A DNA stretch of 64,000 nt. Source: Eledone cirrhosa (lineage: Eukaryota). Of the stretch, positions 29,224-42,696 are shown one piece after another; positions within the stretch are counted from its first letter, which is position 1, and the number at the start of each line of letters is the position of its first letter. A program made the position numbers and the translations under genes. Where the stretch lies: NCBI GenBank assembly GCA_964016885.1, contig OZ024764.1, forward strand, positions 12,834,001 through 12,898,000. Direction: 5' to 3'. The notes beneath the pieces are model-generated. The model saw only the letters and a program-made list of their open reading frames with translations. It had not been told where the DNA came from and did not search any database.

Positions 29224-30100
29224 CATCAGCATCATCATTCATTGTCCACTTTTCCCTGCTTGCAAGGGTTGGATGGGTCCTAATCAGCACAGCATCTCTC
29301 CACTCGTCACGGTCCTTCGTCATCTCCTCCGTGAGTTTCAGCGATCTGATGTCAGCTCTCACCACCTCCGCCCATGTTTTTCGTGGTCTTCCTCTACCGC
29401 ATCTTCCCTCCACTGGGACTTCCTGGCACTTCTTCACCCATCGGTCATCCTCCATGCGCATCACATGTCCATACCATCTCAGTCTCCTCTCCCGCACACC
29501 ACAACTTATCCCTCTTATACACAGTTTCTCTCTCAACACATCACATGTCCATACCATCTCAGCCTTCTCTCCTGCACACCACAACTTATCCCTCTTATAC
29601 ACAGTTTCTCTCTCAACACATCACATGTCCATACCATCTCAGTCTTCTCTCCTGCACACCACAACTTATCCCTCTTATACACAGTTTTTCTCTCAACACA
29701 TCACATGTCCATACCATCTCAGTCTTCTCTCCTGCACACCACAACTTATCCCTCTTATACACAGTTTTTCTCTCAACACATCACATGTCCATACCATCTC
29801 AGTCTTCTCTCCTGCACACCACAACTTATCCCTCTTATACCCAGTTTCTCTCTCAACACATCACATGTCCATACCATCTCAGCCTTCTCTCCTGCACACC
29901 ACAACTTATCCCTCTTATACCCAGTTTCTCTCTCAACACATCACATGTCCATACCATCTCAGCCTTCTCTCCTGCACACCACAACTTATCCCTCTTATAG
30001 CCAGTTTCTTTCTCAACTCGTCTATGCTTGGTCGTTCGCGCACATTGGCATTGCACATCCAGCGGAGAATACTTGCTTCATTTCTCTCCAGCCATCGCAT
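28910..30100 (-). mobile_element. Two RTE LINE 3' fragments, the second with an 80-bp segment repeated about 7 times
   Basis: ERRLRWYGHVMRMEDDRWVKKCQEVPVEGRCGRGRPRKTW; (GAT)n tail. Confidence 0.9.
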
Positions 30101-31182
30101 ATCTTGTATATATGTATATATGCTCCCCTAACTCCTGATAGTCGTAGGGGTGCCATATTAACATACAGCATTTCTAGGGCATTTTAAGCCCGGTGGAGCC
30201 CCATCCCCCTCCAGGCCTCAGTACAGCAGATTTCTTCCAGAGAAAGATAGAAAGAGGGAGAGAAGAAATGAGAAAGAGATATAAGAGAGAGAGATGTGTA
30301 TGAGGGGTCTATTCTTCCTCTAGACCTGGAGAAGGTTGAGCTCCGGCAGGTTTAAAAGTGCTCTAGACACCCTATATGACAGTACCATTACGATTCCACA
30401 AGGAGTTATGGGAGCTTTAACCTTCAAACCTTTATGTATGGTTCTGTATATTCCTGAGGGGGTTGTGAGGGCATTTAGTGGCATACAGAGTTTCTAGGGT
30501 TAGGGTTAGCATACATATACACCTCAACACATGCTCACATACACTGACACTGACACACACACACACGCAGACTAACACACTCCTAGACACACACATACAC
30601 ACACACTAATACACCCCTAGACACACACATACACTGACACAGACACACACACACTCCTAGACACACACATACACACACACTAATACACCCCTAGACACAC
30701 ACATACACTGACACACACACTAGCATACCCCTAAAAACACACACATATACACACCCCTAGACACACAGACAGACACACTAATACACCCCTAGACACACAC
30801 ACACACACATACACACACTAACACGCCCCTAGAGACACACATACACACAAAAGCACACACATACACCCCAACACATACACACACAATAAATACATGTTTA
30901 GGGGAAAAACACGTTTAGTGAAGAAGAAACAACAAAAAAAGCCAGGGCCACAACACCAGCCTTTCGGCCCACAAACCCCCTGGCCCACGTCCCAGCCCCC
31001 ACACAGGACAAAGCCCTACCCCTTCTCCACAAAGTGTGTTTAACCATTTACTGAGGCATTCCTGGCTATGGAACCATATGGCGTGGTTCTGAACAACTGA
31101 CTTAGGTTTCTAACAACTACACACTTCAAATATATTATACACACACATATATATGTGTATATATATATAAATATTATATATA

Positions 31183-31257
31183 CAGGGTGTCCCCAAAAAT
31201 ATGTATACACACTTCAGCATTCTAATAAATAAGTGCATATATTTTTAGGGGACACCC

Positions 31258-31259
<2 letters not shown>
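31183..31259. mobile_element. 77-bp Tc1/mariner-type MITE; relatives at about 41085-41170 and 45017-45119
   Basis: TIR CAGGGTGTCCCC-AAAAATAT / ATATTTTT-GGGGACACCCTG next to TA. Confidence 0.75.
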
Positions 31260-31295
<36 letters not shown>

Positions 31296-31306
31296 CATAC
31301 ACACAT

Positions 31307-31343
<37 letters not shown>

Positions 31344-31347
31344 ACGC

Positions 31348-31391
<44 letters not shown>

Positions 31392-31427
31392 GTGTGTATG
31401 TATGTATATATATATATACATACACAC

Positions 31428-31481
<54 letters not shown>

Positions 31482-32621
31482 GTAGCTGTTACACACATTA
31501 ATTCTTCTGTTGAAAATGTATTTTTTTTTTATTTTACTCATGAGAGAATTTTACCAAAAATCACTTTAAATCTTACAAACCTACACACACACACACACAC
31601 ACATAGATATATATATACAGACACATACATACATGTACACACACATATACACACACACACACACATATATATATACAGACACATACATACATGTACACAC
31701 ACATACATGTAGACACACATATATATATACAGACACATACATACATGTACACACACATACATATAGACACACATATATATACACACACACACATATATAG
31801 AGACACATACATACATGTACACACACATACATGTAGACACACATATATATAGACACACACACACACATATATACACACACACAGGCACTCATATATATAT
31901 ACAGACACACATTCATATGATTGTGGTTGTGGCGGTGTTGAGTGGTGGTTGTGGTGGTGTTGAGTGCTGGTTGTGGTGGTGTTGAGTGGTGGTGTTGAGT
32001 GCTGGTTGTGGTGCTGTTGAGTGGTGGTGTTGAGTGCTGGTTGTGGTGGTGTTGAGTGCTGGTTGTGGTGCTGTTGAGTGGTGGTGTTGAGTGCTGGTTG
32101 TGGTGGTGTTGAGTGGTGGTGTTGAGTGCTGGTTGTGGTGGTGTTGAGTGGTGGTGTTGAGTGCTGGTTGTGGTGGTGTTGAGTGCTGGTTGATGGTAGT
32201 TTTGAGTGATGGTTGTGGTGGTGTTGAGTGCTGGTTGCGGTGGTGTTGAGTGCTGGTTGATGGTAGTTTTGAGTGATGGTTGTGGTGGTGTTGAGTGCTG
32301 GTCGTGGTGGTGTTGAGTGCTGGTTGATGGTAGTTTTGAGTGATGGTGGTAGTGTTGAGTGGTAGATGGTGATGGTGGTGGTGGGGATGATGGGTGGTGG
32401 TGTTGATTGTTGTGGTGGTGTTGAGTGGTAGATGATGGTGGGGATGATGGGTTGTGGTGTTGATTGTGGTGGTGGTGTTGAGTGATGGTGGGGGTTGGGG
32501 TGAGTGGTGATGGTAGTATATATAGTTTATATATAGTATGTATACATTATGACCGTAAGCCCAACACTGTTACCACTAGGCCACGTGCCTCCACCATATA
32601 TAGTCTATATATAGTCTATAT

Positions 32622-33590
32622 ATGGTGAAGGCATGTAGCCTAGTGGTAACAGTGTTGGACTTACAATCACAATGTTGTAGGTTCAATTCCTGGGTTGTGT
32701 GTTGTGTTCTTGAGCAAGACACTTCATTTCACGTTGCTCCAGTATACTCAGCTGAAAATGAGTACCAGTAATAGCTGGGGGTTAACCCTGTGATGGACTA
32801 ATGTCCTGTCCAGGAGGGAGTCTTGTACTCTCAGTCACTTCAGACCATGAAACCAGGATAAGTACCAGTAATAGCTGGGGGTTAATCCTGCAATGGACTG
32901 GTGTCCTGTCCAGGGGGAGTCTTGTACTCTCAGTCACTTCAGACCATGAAACCGGGATAAGTACCAGTAATAGCTGGCGGTTTATCCCTGTGATGGACTG
33001 GTGTCCTATCCAGGAGGGAGTCTTGTACTCTCAGTCACTTCAGACCATGAAACAGGGATAAGTACCAGTAATAGCTGGGGGTTTAACCCTGCAATGGACT
33101 GGTGTCCTATCCAGGAGGGAGTCTTGTACTCTCAGTCACTTCAGACCATGAAACAGGGATAAGTACCAGTAATAGCTGGGGGTTTAACCCTGTAATGGAC
33201 TGGTGTCCTGTCCAGGGGGGAGTCTTGTACTCTCAGTCACTTCACACCATGAAACCAGGATAAGTACCAGTAATAGCTGGGGGTTTAACCCTGTGATGGA
33301 CTGGTGTCCTGTCCAGGGGGAAGTCTTGTACTCTCAGTCACTTCAGACCATGAAACCGGGATAAGTACCAGTAATAGCTGGGGGTTTAACCCTGTGATGG
33401 ACTGCTGTCCTGTCCAGGGGGGAGTCTTGTACTCTCAGTCACTTCAGACCATGAAACCAGGATAAGTACCAGTAATAGCTGGAGGTTTAACCCTGTAATG
33501 GACTGGTGTCCTGTCCAGGGGGAAGTCTTGTACTCTCAGTCGCTTCACACTATGAAACCGGGATAAGTACCAGTAATAACTGGGGGTTTA
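32622..33590 (+). mobile_element. CORE-type SINE whose 3' ~100-bp segment is amplified about 8 times
   Basis: Head with ggttcaattcc B-box and cttgagcaagacactt, followed by tandem agtaccagtaatagctggggg...gaaaccgggata units. Confidence 0.85.
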
Positions 33591-33993
33591 ACACCACATC
33601 AACACCACAATACACTACAACAACCACCAACACCATCACCACAACAACACCCCCATCAAGACTATCCTAACATGCCCACCCCATTCCACATGTTTGATAA
33701 TCCGATCCGTCTTTGATAAATTGCTATTGAACACTATCATGTGACAAGCACTAATCCATCACAAAGATGAAGGGAGGGGACTGGGGCGAGGGAGATCTGA
33801 GGGGGTGGGGGTGCCCGCCTACTACCCCCACCCTCTCACATACATCTACACACCAGTGTCTGCCCCCCCCCCCCAGTGTCAATCTCCACCACCACCGTCA
33901 CCACTATTACCCTCTCACCCTACGTCACCCCCCGGCTACAAGATTATCGGACTGGCACTAACATCAGCCATATGTATTTTACACCTCACACAC

Positions 33994-34040
<47 letters not shown>

Positions 34041-34481
34041 TACACATTATATATATATATATACACACACACACATACACATTATATATATATATATATA
34101 TGTGTGCATGTATGTATATATATATATATACATTATATATACATATATTTGTGTATATATATATATATTATATATATATACATTATATATATAAATATAT
34201 ATATATATATACATGTATATACGTATGTGTATATATATTTATATATATACACAAATATATATATATATACATATATATACATATGTATATATATATATAT
34301 ATATACATATATGTATATATATATATATACATATATGTATATATATATATATACACATATATACATGTATATATATATACACAAATATACATATATATAC
34401 ATTTGTGTATATATATATATACATGTATATATGTGTATATATATATATATACATATATGTATATATATATATATACATATA

Positions 34482-34533
<52 letters not shown>

Positions 34534-34739
34534 GATAGATATATACATATATATACATTTGTGTATATATATATATACATGTATATATGTATATATATAT
34601 GTATATATACATATATATACATGTATATTTACATATATATACACGTATATATATATATACATATATATATATATGTATATTTACATATATATACATGTAT
34701 ATATATATACATATATATATATATATACATATATACACA

Positions 34740-34775
<36 letters not shown>

Positions 34776-35159
34776 CATATATATATACATGTGTGTGTGT
34801 GTGTATACATAGGAACCTGAATGGAAGAAGGGTGTACTGGAAAAGCCACTTCAAAATCATGGAAGCATGGAAAAGCTGATGTAAAATGATGGCGATGATA
34901 TGTGTATATATATATATATACACACGTATATATATATATATACACACATATATATATATATACATATATATACATATATATATATATGTATGTGTCTATA
35001 TATACACACATACATATATCACCATCATCATTATTTAATATCAGTTTGCCCTGCTAGCAAGGACTGGGCCATTACACACATATAGTGTATACACAATTTT
35101 GTGTGGGGGAGAGTGTATATATATATATGTAAGTGTACAGTTGAGGGCTGAAGTACTTT

Positions 35160-35822
35160 TTGGTGGGTTGGTGGGTTGGTTGGTTGGTGGGGTGGTTGGT
35201 TGGTGGGGTGGTTGGCGGGTTGGTTGGTTGGTTGGTGGGTTGGTTGGTGGGTGGGTTGGTTGGTGGGTGGGTTGGTGGGTTGGATGGTGGGTTGGTGGGT
35301 TTGTTGGTGGGTTGGTTGGTGGGTGGGGTGGTTGGTGGGTTGGTTGGTTGGTTGGTTGGTGGGTTGGTTGGTGGGTTGGTTGGTGGGGTGTTGGTTAGTT
35401 GGTTGGTTTGTTGGTGGGTTGGTGGGTTGGTTGGTGGGTGGGTTGGTGGGTTGGATGGTGGGTTGGTGGGTTTGTTGGTGGGTTGGTTGGTGGGTGGGGT
35501 GGTTGGTGGGTTGGTTGGTTGGTTGGTGGGGTGTTGGTTAGTTGGTTGGTTTGTTGGTGGGTTGGTTGGTTGGTGGGTTGGTTGGTTAGTTGGTTGGTTG
35601 GTTAGTTGGTTGGTGGGTGGGTTTGTGGGTTGGTTGGTTGGTGGGTTGGTTGGTTGGTTAATTGGTGGGGTGGTTGGTGGGTTGGTTTGAGGGTTGGTTG
35701 GTGGGTTGGTTGGTGGGTTGGTTGGTTGGTGGGTTGGTTGGTTGGTTGGTTGGTGGGTTGGTTGGTTGGTTGGTTGGTGGGTTGGTGGGTTGGTTGGTGG
35801 GTTGGTGGGTTGGTTGGTTGTT
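35160..35822. repeat. (GGTT/GGTG)n tract
   Basis: Low-complexity tetranucleotide repeat. Confidence 0.95.
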
Positions 35823-36544
35823 TGGGAATGGTAAGCAATGGTGATCAAGTCGGTGTTAACATTTACAAATTACCATCTCAAATATATATTAGCATTTATA
35901 TGTATAATATACAACCACACATACCTATGTGTGGTTGGTGATAGGAAGGGCATCCAGCTATAGAAAACCTGCAAAACAAAAGCTTATGAAACTAAGGGTG
36001 GCATCAGGCATTTCAGTACCAAAAGGGTTAGGGTTATGGTTAGGGAAAAGCCACCCAGCACACACTGTAAATGTGGTTGGTGTTAGGAAGGGCATCCAGC
36101 CATAGAAAACCAGCCAGATACAGTCCTATACGAGCGAGACATGGTCACCCAACCCAACATGCCTCAAATGGGACAAACCCGTCTAACCCATGCTAGCATG
36201 GAAGATAGACGTTAAACGATGATGATGATGGTGATGAAGGACGAAAGGCAAAGTTAGCCTCCGCGTGATTTGAACTCATCACGTAAAGGGCCATAACTCT
36301 ATGCTGCAAAGCAAGTTGTCTGATGCTCTACCCTATACCAATATTGATAATAACTGTTTCTACTTTAGGCACAAGGACAGCAATTACCCCAGTGTATTAC
36401 TGGTACTTTATTTTATCGACCCCCCCGTAAGGATGAAAGGCAAAGTTAACCTCGAGGGGATTTGAACTCGTAAAGGGATGTAACTCTGTGCTGTAAAGCA
36501 TGGCATCCGAGCCTCTTCCGATACTGCCAATATACTCGTACATG

Positions 36545-37172
36545 CATCATCATCATTTTACGTCCGCTTTTCCCTGCTTGCAAGGGTGGGACAGGAGCTG
36601 GTTCTGGCTTGATTTCTACAGCTGGATGCCCTTCCTAACACCAACCTCATTTACAGTGAGTGCTGGGTGCTTTTTTGCTGTGGCACCTCCACGACCACTT
36701 TACAGTGTGGGCTGGGTGCTTTTTTGACGTGGCACCTCCACGACCACTTTACAGTGTGGGCTGGGTACTTTTTTGCCGTGGCAACTCCACGACCACTTTA
36801 CAGTGTGGGCTGGGTACCTTTTTGCCGTGGCACCTCCACGTCCACTTTACAGTGTGGGCTGGGTGCTTTTTTGCCGTGGCACCTCCACGACCACTTTACA
36901 GTGTGGGCTGGGTGCTTTTTTGCCGTGGCACCTCCACGACCACTTTACAGTGTGGGCTGGGTACTTTTTTGCCGTGGCAACTCCACGCCCACTTTGCAGT
37001 GGATTGATAGGGACCCCGGTCCCTATCATCTCATTTCTACAGCTGAGTAAACTGGAGCAATGTGAAATAAAGTGTCTTGCTCAAGGAAACAACACATCAC
37101 CCGGTCTGAGAATTGAACTCACAACCTTTCGATTGCAAGGCCAATGCTCTAACCGCTAAGCCATGTGCCTCC
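36545..37172 (-). mobile_element. CORE-type SINE family 2 with about 8 internal 41-bp repeats
   Basis: Homologous to the full copy at 48289-48685. Confidence 0.88.
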
Positions 37173-37233
37173 ATGTCAGTGTGTTGAAAAAGATTCTAGC
37201 ACTAAAAAAATGTTCCAAAGTGATGACAGTTAC

Positions 37234-37342
37234 CTGAGGGTGGGTCAACCTTTGACAGTTTCACTTCATAAGTACCTGGTCCAACATGGGAAGGAGTAGA
37301 ACCAATGACCACACTGTACTCACGGGACGACCTGTCGTACAT
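37234..37342 (-). CDS. STPG2: STPG2-like protein, first coding exon (MYDRSSREYSVVIGSTPSHVGPGTYEVKLSKVDPPS); exon begins about 37372 with 30 nt of UTR
   Basis: Manual translation matches the STPG2 N-terminus as I recall it (MYDR...GST..HVGPGxY). Acceptor ctgtcttttcctag at 37373 and donor CAG|gtaac at 37233. The 109-nt coding part ends in phase 1, matching the next exon. Confidence 0.9.
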
Positions 37343-37487
37343 CTCTGTTGATGGAGGCTGCAGATGGAGTGGCTAGGAAAAGACAGCGGGTAACATTATA
37401 GTGACTTAATTAGCTGAGACGTTAATCTGATTAACACTTCAGTTATCATATTTCTAATGAAAGTATTTATATTTTTCTAAAAACCTT

Positions 37488-37890
37488 GTGAAGGCCCATG
37501 GTTTAGTGGTTAAAGCATTAGGCTTGCAATGGAAAGGTTGTGAGTTCAATTCTCGGACCGGGTGATGTGTTGTTTCCTTGAGCAAGACACTTTATTTCAC
37601 ATTGCTCCAGTTTACTCAGCTATAGTAAAGACACATGGCTTAGTGGTTAGAGCATTGGGCTTGCAATGGAAAGGTTGTGAGTTCAATTCTCGGACAGGGT
37701 GATGTGTTGTTTCCTTGAGCAAGACACTTTATTTCACATTGCTCCAGTTTACTCAGCTGTAGTAAAGACACATGGTTTAGTGGTTAGAGCATTGGGCTTG
37801 CAAACGAAAGGTTGTGAGTTCAATTCTCGGACCGGGGGATGTGTTGTTTCCTTGAGCAAGACACTTTATTTCACATTGCTCCAGTTTTAC
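37488..37890 (+). mobile_element. Three tandem heads (~135 bp each) of SINE family 2
   Basis: A-box, B-box and CORE-like segment repeated three times. Confidence 0.88.
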
Positions 37891-38026
37891 TCGATCTCAT
37901 TATCTCATTAATTTGGAAATATCAATATGGCCCTGAAGGGTGGTTTTTCTGCTAGTTAACAATAAATAAAATATAATTTTATTTATCTATAAAATAGATG
38001 GACTTAAAAAAGCATTTAGTACTTAC

Positions 38027-38173
38027 TGTTTAACTTTTGATCATTATAGCCAAGAATCCAAACAGGGCAAGTTAAGAATTTATTTTAAAAAGGGGTCAGT
38101 GAGAAAGAGGAAAGAGACAGAGAGTCTGTGGAGGTTTTGATGTGTTTCACAGGGACATTATTATTTAAAATAT
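38027..38173 (-). other. Probable non-coding 5'UTR exon of STPG2
   Basis: Strong acceptor (ctttttctctctttctttcatttgcag) and donor (gtaagt) bound 147 nt of unique sequence with stops in all three frames, 650 bp upstream of the start exon. Confidence 0.55.
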
Positions 38174-38583
38174 CTGCAAATGAAAGAAAGAGAGAAAAAG
38201 ACATTTTAGAAAAATATGGGCTGTCCATAAAGTCTTCTTTAATTTAAAATATTTATTACAAAAGCAAATAAGTAGACAAATATGTGGAAATTGTTGCAAA
38301 ATGAGGAGTAGATACTGAAGTCTCTTTAACTAATTTAATTGTTTCTACTTTAGGCACAAGGCCAGCAAATTACCCAGTGCATTACTGGTACTTTATTTTA
38401 TCGACCCCGTAAGGATGAAAGGCAAAGTCAACCTCGGCGGGATTTGAAGTCAGACTGTAAATGGACGTAACTATGCTAGAAAGCATGGTGTCCGACTCTC
38501 TACTGATACTGCCACTAATTTAATACACCACTATATGATGCCTAAGTACAAAACGAAACCTACAGTCAGCAGGCACCTCTTAA

Positions 38584-39356
38584 CCCTTTAGCATTCACAT
38601 TACTCTATATATACTATTGCATTTTCAAAGTAAAGGCTTTACCTCACATAACATTTACCTTACTCTATATATACTATTCTATTTTCCTGGTAAAGGCTTT
38701 ACCTCACATAATATCTCACATAACATTTACATTACTCTATATATACTATTGCATTTTCATAGTAAAGGTTTTACCTTACATAATATCTCACATAACATTT
38801 ACATTACTCTATATATACTATTGTATTTTCACAGTAAAGGCTTTACCTCACATAATATCTCACATAACATTTACATTACTCTATATATACTATTGTATTT
38901 TCCTGGTAAAGGCTTTACCTCACATAATATCCCACATAACATTTACATTACTCTATATATACTATTGTATTTTCACAGTAAAGGCTTTACCTCACATAAT
39001 ATCTCACATAACATTTACATTACTCTATATATACTATTGTATTTTCCTGGTAAAGGCTTTACCTCACATAATATCCCACATAACATTTACATTACTCTAT
39101 ATATACTATTGTATTTTCATAGTAAAGGCTTTACCTCACATAATATCTCACATAACATTTACATTACTCTATATATACTATTATATTTTCCTGGTAAAGG
39201 CTTTACCTCACATAATATCTCACATAATATCGAATCTATGAGATTTTGAAAGTATTTATTTTGACAACAATACCTTAAAATCAGTTTGAGCGACCGGTAA
39301 CAGCCAGTTTCAACAGAAAGAGGGAGAGAATTCTGGCCGGTTTGAACATTAAAGGG
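38584..39356 (+). mobile_element. piggyBac-like MITE, copy 3, with about 8 internal 75-bp repeats
   Basis: TTAA target duplication and CCCTTTA/TAAAGGG terminal inverted repeats. The paralogous empty site at about 53540 has a single TTAA. Confidence 0.88.
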
Positions 39357-39815
39357 TTAATCAAATATACACCCCCATCCCACTACCTCAACTCCCCCAC
39401 CCCCATCAACACCATCCCTTTCTCTGTAAAGCTATGTTGGTACCAAAACATCCAGTCCTAATTAAATGAGGTCGTGTAGGTGTCACGACAAAAAAAAACA
39501 CACAGTCCACGCTGTAATGTGGCCGCGTAGGTAACACGGTAAAAAGCTCCCAGTCCACACTGTAAATGTGGTTGGTGTTAGGAAGGGTATCCAGCCGTAG
39601 AAAACCTTGCAGATGCAGTCCTATACGAGCGAGACACAGTCACCCGACCAACCTTGCCACAAGTGGGACAACTCCCGTCTAACCCATGCTAGCGTGGAAG
39701 ATGGACGTTAAACGAAGACGATGATGATGAGATGATGATACATAAATATATATATATATATCAGACCCCTTCTTCTTCTTCTACTTTTTCTTCCCCCCCC
39801 CCCCCCCCATTAGAC

Positions 39816-40130
39816 CTGTGCGAAATTCCTTCCTTGCTCACATTTCAACCAGGTTTGATGGTCTTTTGTCTCTTGTTCACGATTTCAGCGAGTTTATATT
39901 CATAGAGATCTGGGACTTGTTTCTTTCTTCTCACTTTCTGTTGCCTAAACCATTTTGTTTGTTACCCTAGCGTCCCCTTTATTTACGTGTCCCAACGACT
40001 TTTTTTAGCCGTTGTTCGCACCAACCTGAGGCATATGGCCCTTAAAGCGATGAAATGCCTAGGACGGTTGGGGGGTCACTGATGAAGGACTCACTTTTTC
40101 ATATGCACCACCATTTGCAACGCGCAGCCA
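39816..40130 (-). promoter_or_regulatory. Candidate STPG2 promoter/first exon with partial RFX X-box-like and forkhead-like motifs
   Basis: Unique CpG-containing island with GTTGCCTAAAC (39940), TTTGTTTGTT and GTTACCCTAGCG (39961), plus a weak donor CAG|gtctaa at 39815. The motif matches are only partial. Confidence 0.35.
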
Positions 40131-40138
40131 TCATTATT

Positions 40139-40194
<56 letters not shown>

Positions 40195-40912
40195 TACATG
40201 TATGGTTTCCCGACCATTCCCGCATCAAATGTAACAAAACCACCTAACCCGTGCTAGTGTGGAAGATGGACGTTAAACTATGACGATGATGATGATGATA
40301 TACACATACATACATAAACAATGACATACAAACGCACATACATACACACATACATACATACATGCACATACATACACACATACATACATACATACATACG
40401 CATATACATTCACACACATATACATACATACATACAATGACATACATACACACACACACAGAATGACATACATACATACACACACATACATACACACACA
40501 CACAATGACATACATACATACACATAGTCCTATATGAGCAAGACACGGTCACCCGACCAATCTTGCCCCAAGTGGGACAACTCCCGTCTAACCCATGCTA
40601 GCGTGGAAGATGGATGTTAAACAATGATGTTGATGATGGTGATGATGATGATGGTGGTGGTGGTGGTGGTGATGATGATGGACACCATGCCACTGAATGA
40701 CTGAAACACGCGCGTGCGCGCAGACACATACACAATATATATATATATACATACACACACATATATATATACACACACATACGCAATTATATACACACAC
40801 ATATATATATATATAAACACATATATATATATATATAAACACATATATATATATATATATATGCACCCACACGCATACACAATTATATATATATATATAT
40901 ATATACGCACAT

Positions 40913-40965
<53 letters not shown>

Positions 40966-41178
40966 CCGACCAATCTTGCCTCAAGTGGGACAAACCCGTC
41001 CAGCCCATGCTAGCGTGAAAGATGGACGTTAAACGATGATGATGATGATGTTGTTGATGTGATATATATATATATATATATATATAGTGTCCCCAAAAAT
41101 GTATACACCATTCTAGTAAACATTGCCTGCGCAGGTAATCAAACTGTGTATATATTTTTAGGGACACGCTGTGTGTGC

Positions 41179-41237
<59 letters not shown>

Positions 41238-41416
41238 GTGGCCAGATTGCTAGGTTGCCCAATGGCAAGTGGGCTCCAGGGGCCGTCGATAGTATTGCGG
41301 GACCCACTATAGTATCTTGGAGGGCCAATGCTTTAGTTTCGAAAAATATCTTTAAAAATAAGTCTTAGAGAAAGTGTAATTTCTTTTAAAATAAATAAAC
41401 AAATAAGTAAGTAAAG

Positions 41417-41454
<38 letters not shown>

Positions 41455-41529
41455 CTTTACTTATTTGTAATTTGTTATTCCGTATATATATATATATATG
41501 ACTCGAGCTACATGCCGGCGAAACATATC

Positions 41530-41657
41530 TATTTATAAAACTGTTATATATTGTATTTTGTCTGATGAAGGCATACCATAATGTAACTTGGTATCCTTGA
41601 AATATATATAATGAAATAAATATGGTTTTATAAATATAGTTTCCATTTATTAATATC

Positions 41658-41702
<45 letters not shown>

Positions 41703-41809
41703 TAACAAATGGAAACTATATTTACTCCACTAAGCTGTCGAGTGCTTTATATCAGTTATAAAAAAAATTTAAGCTTGTCGAATCCCAACAAATTAAATAT
41801 AACCTCTGC

Positions 41810-41810
<1 letters not shown>
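41530..41810 (+). mobile_element. Hammerhead-bearing element family A (Penelope-like pLTR); ribozyme at about 41550-41620
   Basis: TATTTTGT-CTGATGA-aggcatacca...tggtatcctt-GAAA-TATATA-TA-ATGAAATA; ends in (TA)n. Confidence 0.75.
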
Positions 41811-41864
<54 letters not shown>

Positions 41865-41977
41865 AAGTATGTTTTGAAACAGTGAGCGTCAATACTCATC
41901 TTTTTCCATTTATCTGAGGGTTCTAAACCCCGTTATCAAGCTAAAATTCCTTTAGTTAAAAATACGGTGAAAGCTAT

Positions 41978-42053
<76 letters not shown>

Positions 42054-42273
42054 GGCAACACTCATCTTTTTCCATTTCTCCGAGGGTTATAAACCCCACT
42101 ATCAGGCTAGAAATGTCTTTAGTCTAAAATACGGTGAAAGCTTATAATTTATAATTTCAAACTCGCGCACCGTTTCAAAAACATACTGACATGTTTACGT
42201 TTATAATTTGCTTGTTTATATATATATATATATATTTAACAATAATTTGTTATCCCGTATATATATATATATA

Positions 42274-42648
42274 TTTGTGTATAGTGGTAGCTATGGTGCT
42301 TCCATAGGCGGTATGCCAAAATTAGCACTCGATATTCATCAGTGTAGAGTGTAGGAATTATCAATAAAACGAAAAATCAGTGATGCATCTGGACTTGGTT
42401 TATTTCGTGTTACAAATGTTTCGCCGGCATTATAGCTCGAGTCGTGGTCCTTGTATGGATCTGGCTGATTCTACGACGTGTCTGAAAGAACCCGCAGAAG
42501 TAGAATCAGCCAGCTCCAATCAAGGACCACGACCTCGAGCTACATGCCGGCGAAACATTTGTAACACGAAATAAACTAAGTCCAGATGCATCACTGATTT
42601 TTCGTTTTATTGATAATATCTACACTCTACTCTGATGAATATCGAGTG

Positions 42649-42696
<48 letters not shown>

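Noticed and set aside
40045-40100. CTGATGA at 40079 as a hammerhead or C/D snoRNA
   Set aside because: No downstream GAAA, no closing helices and no convincing box C/D terminal stem.
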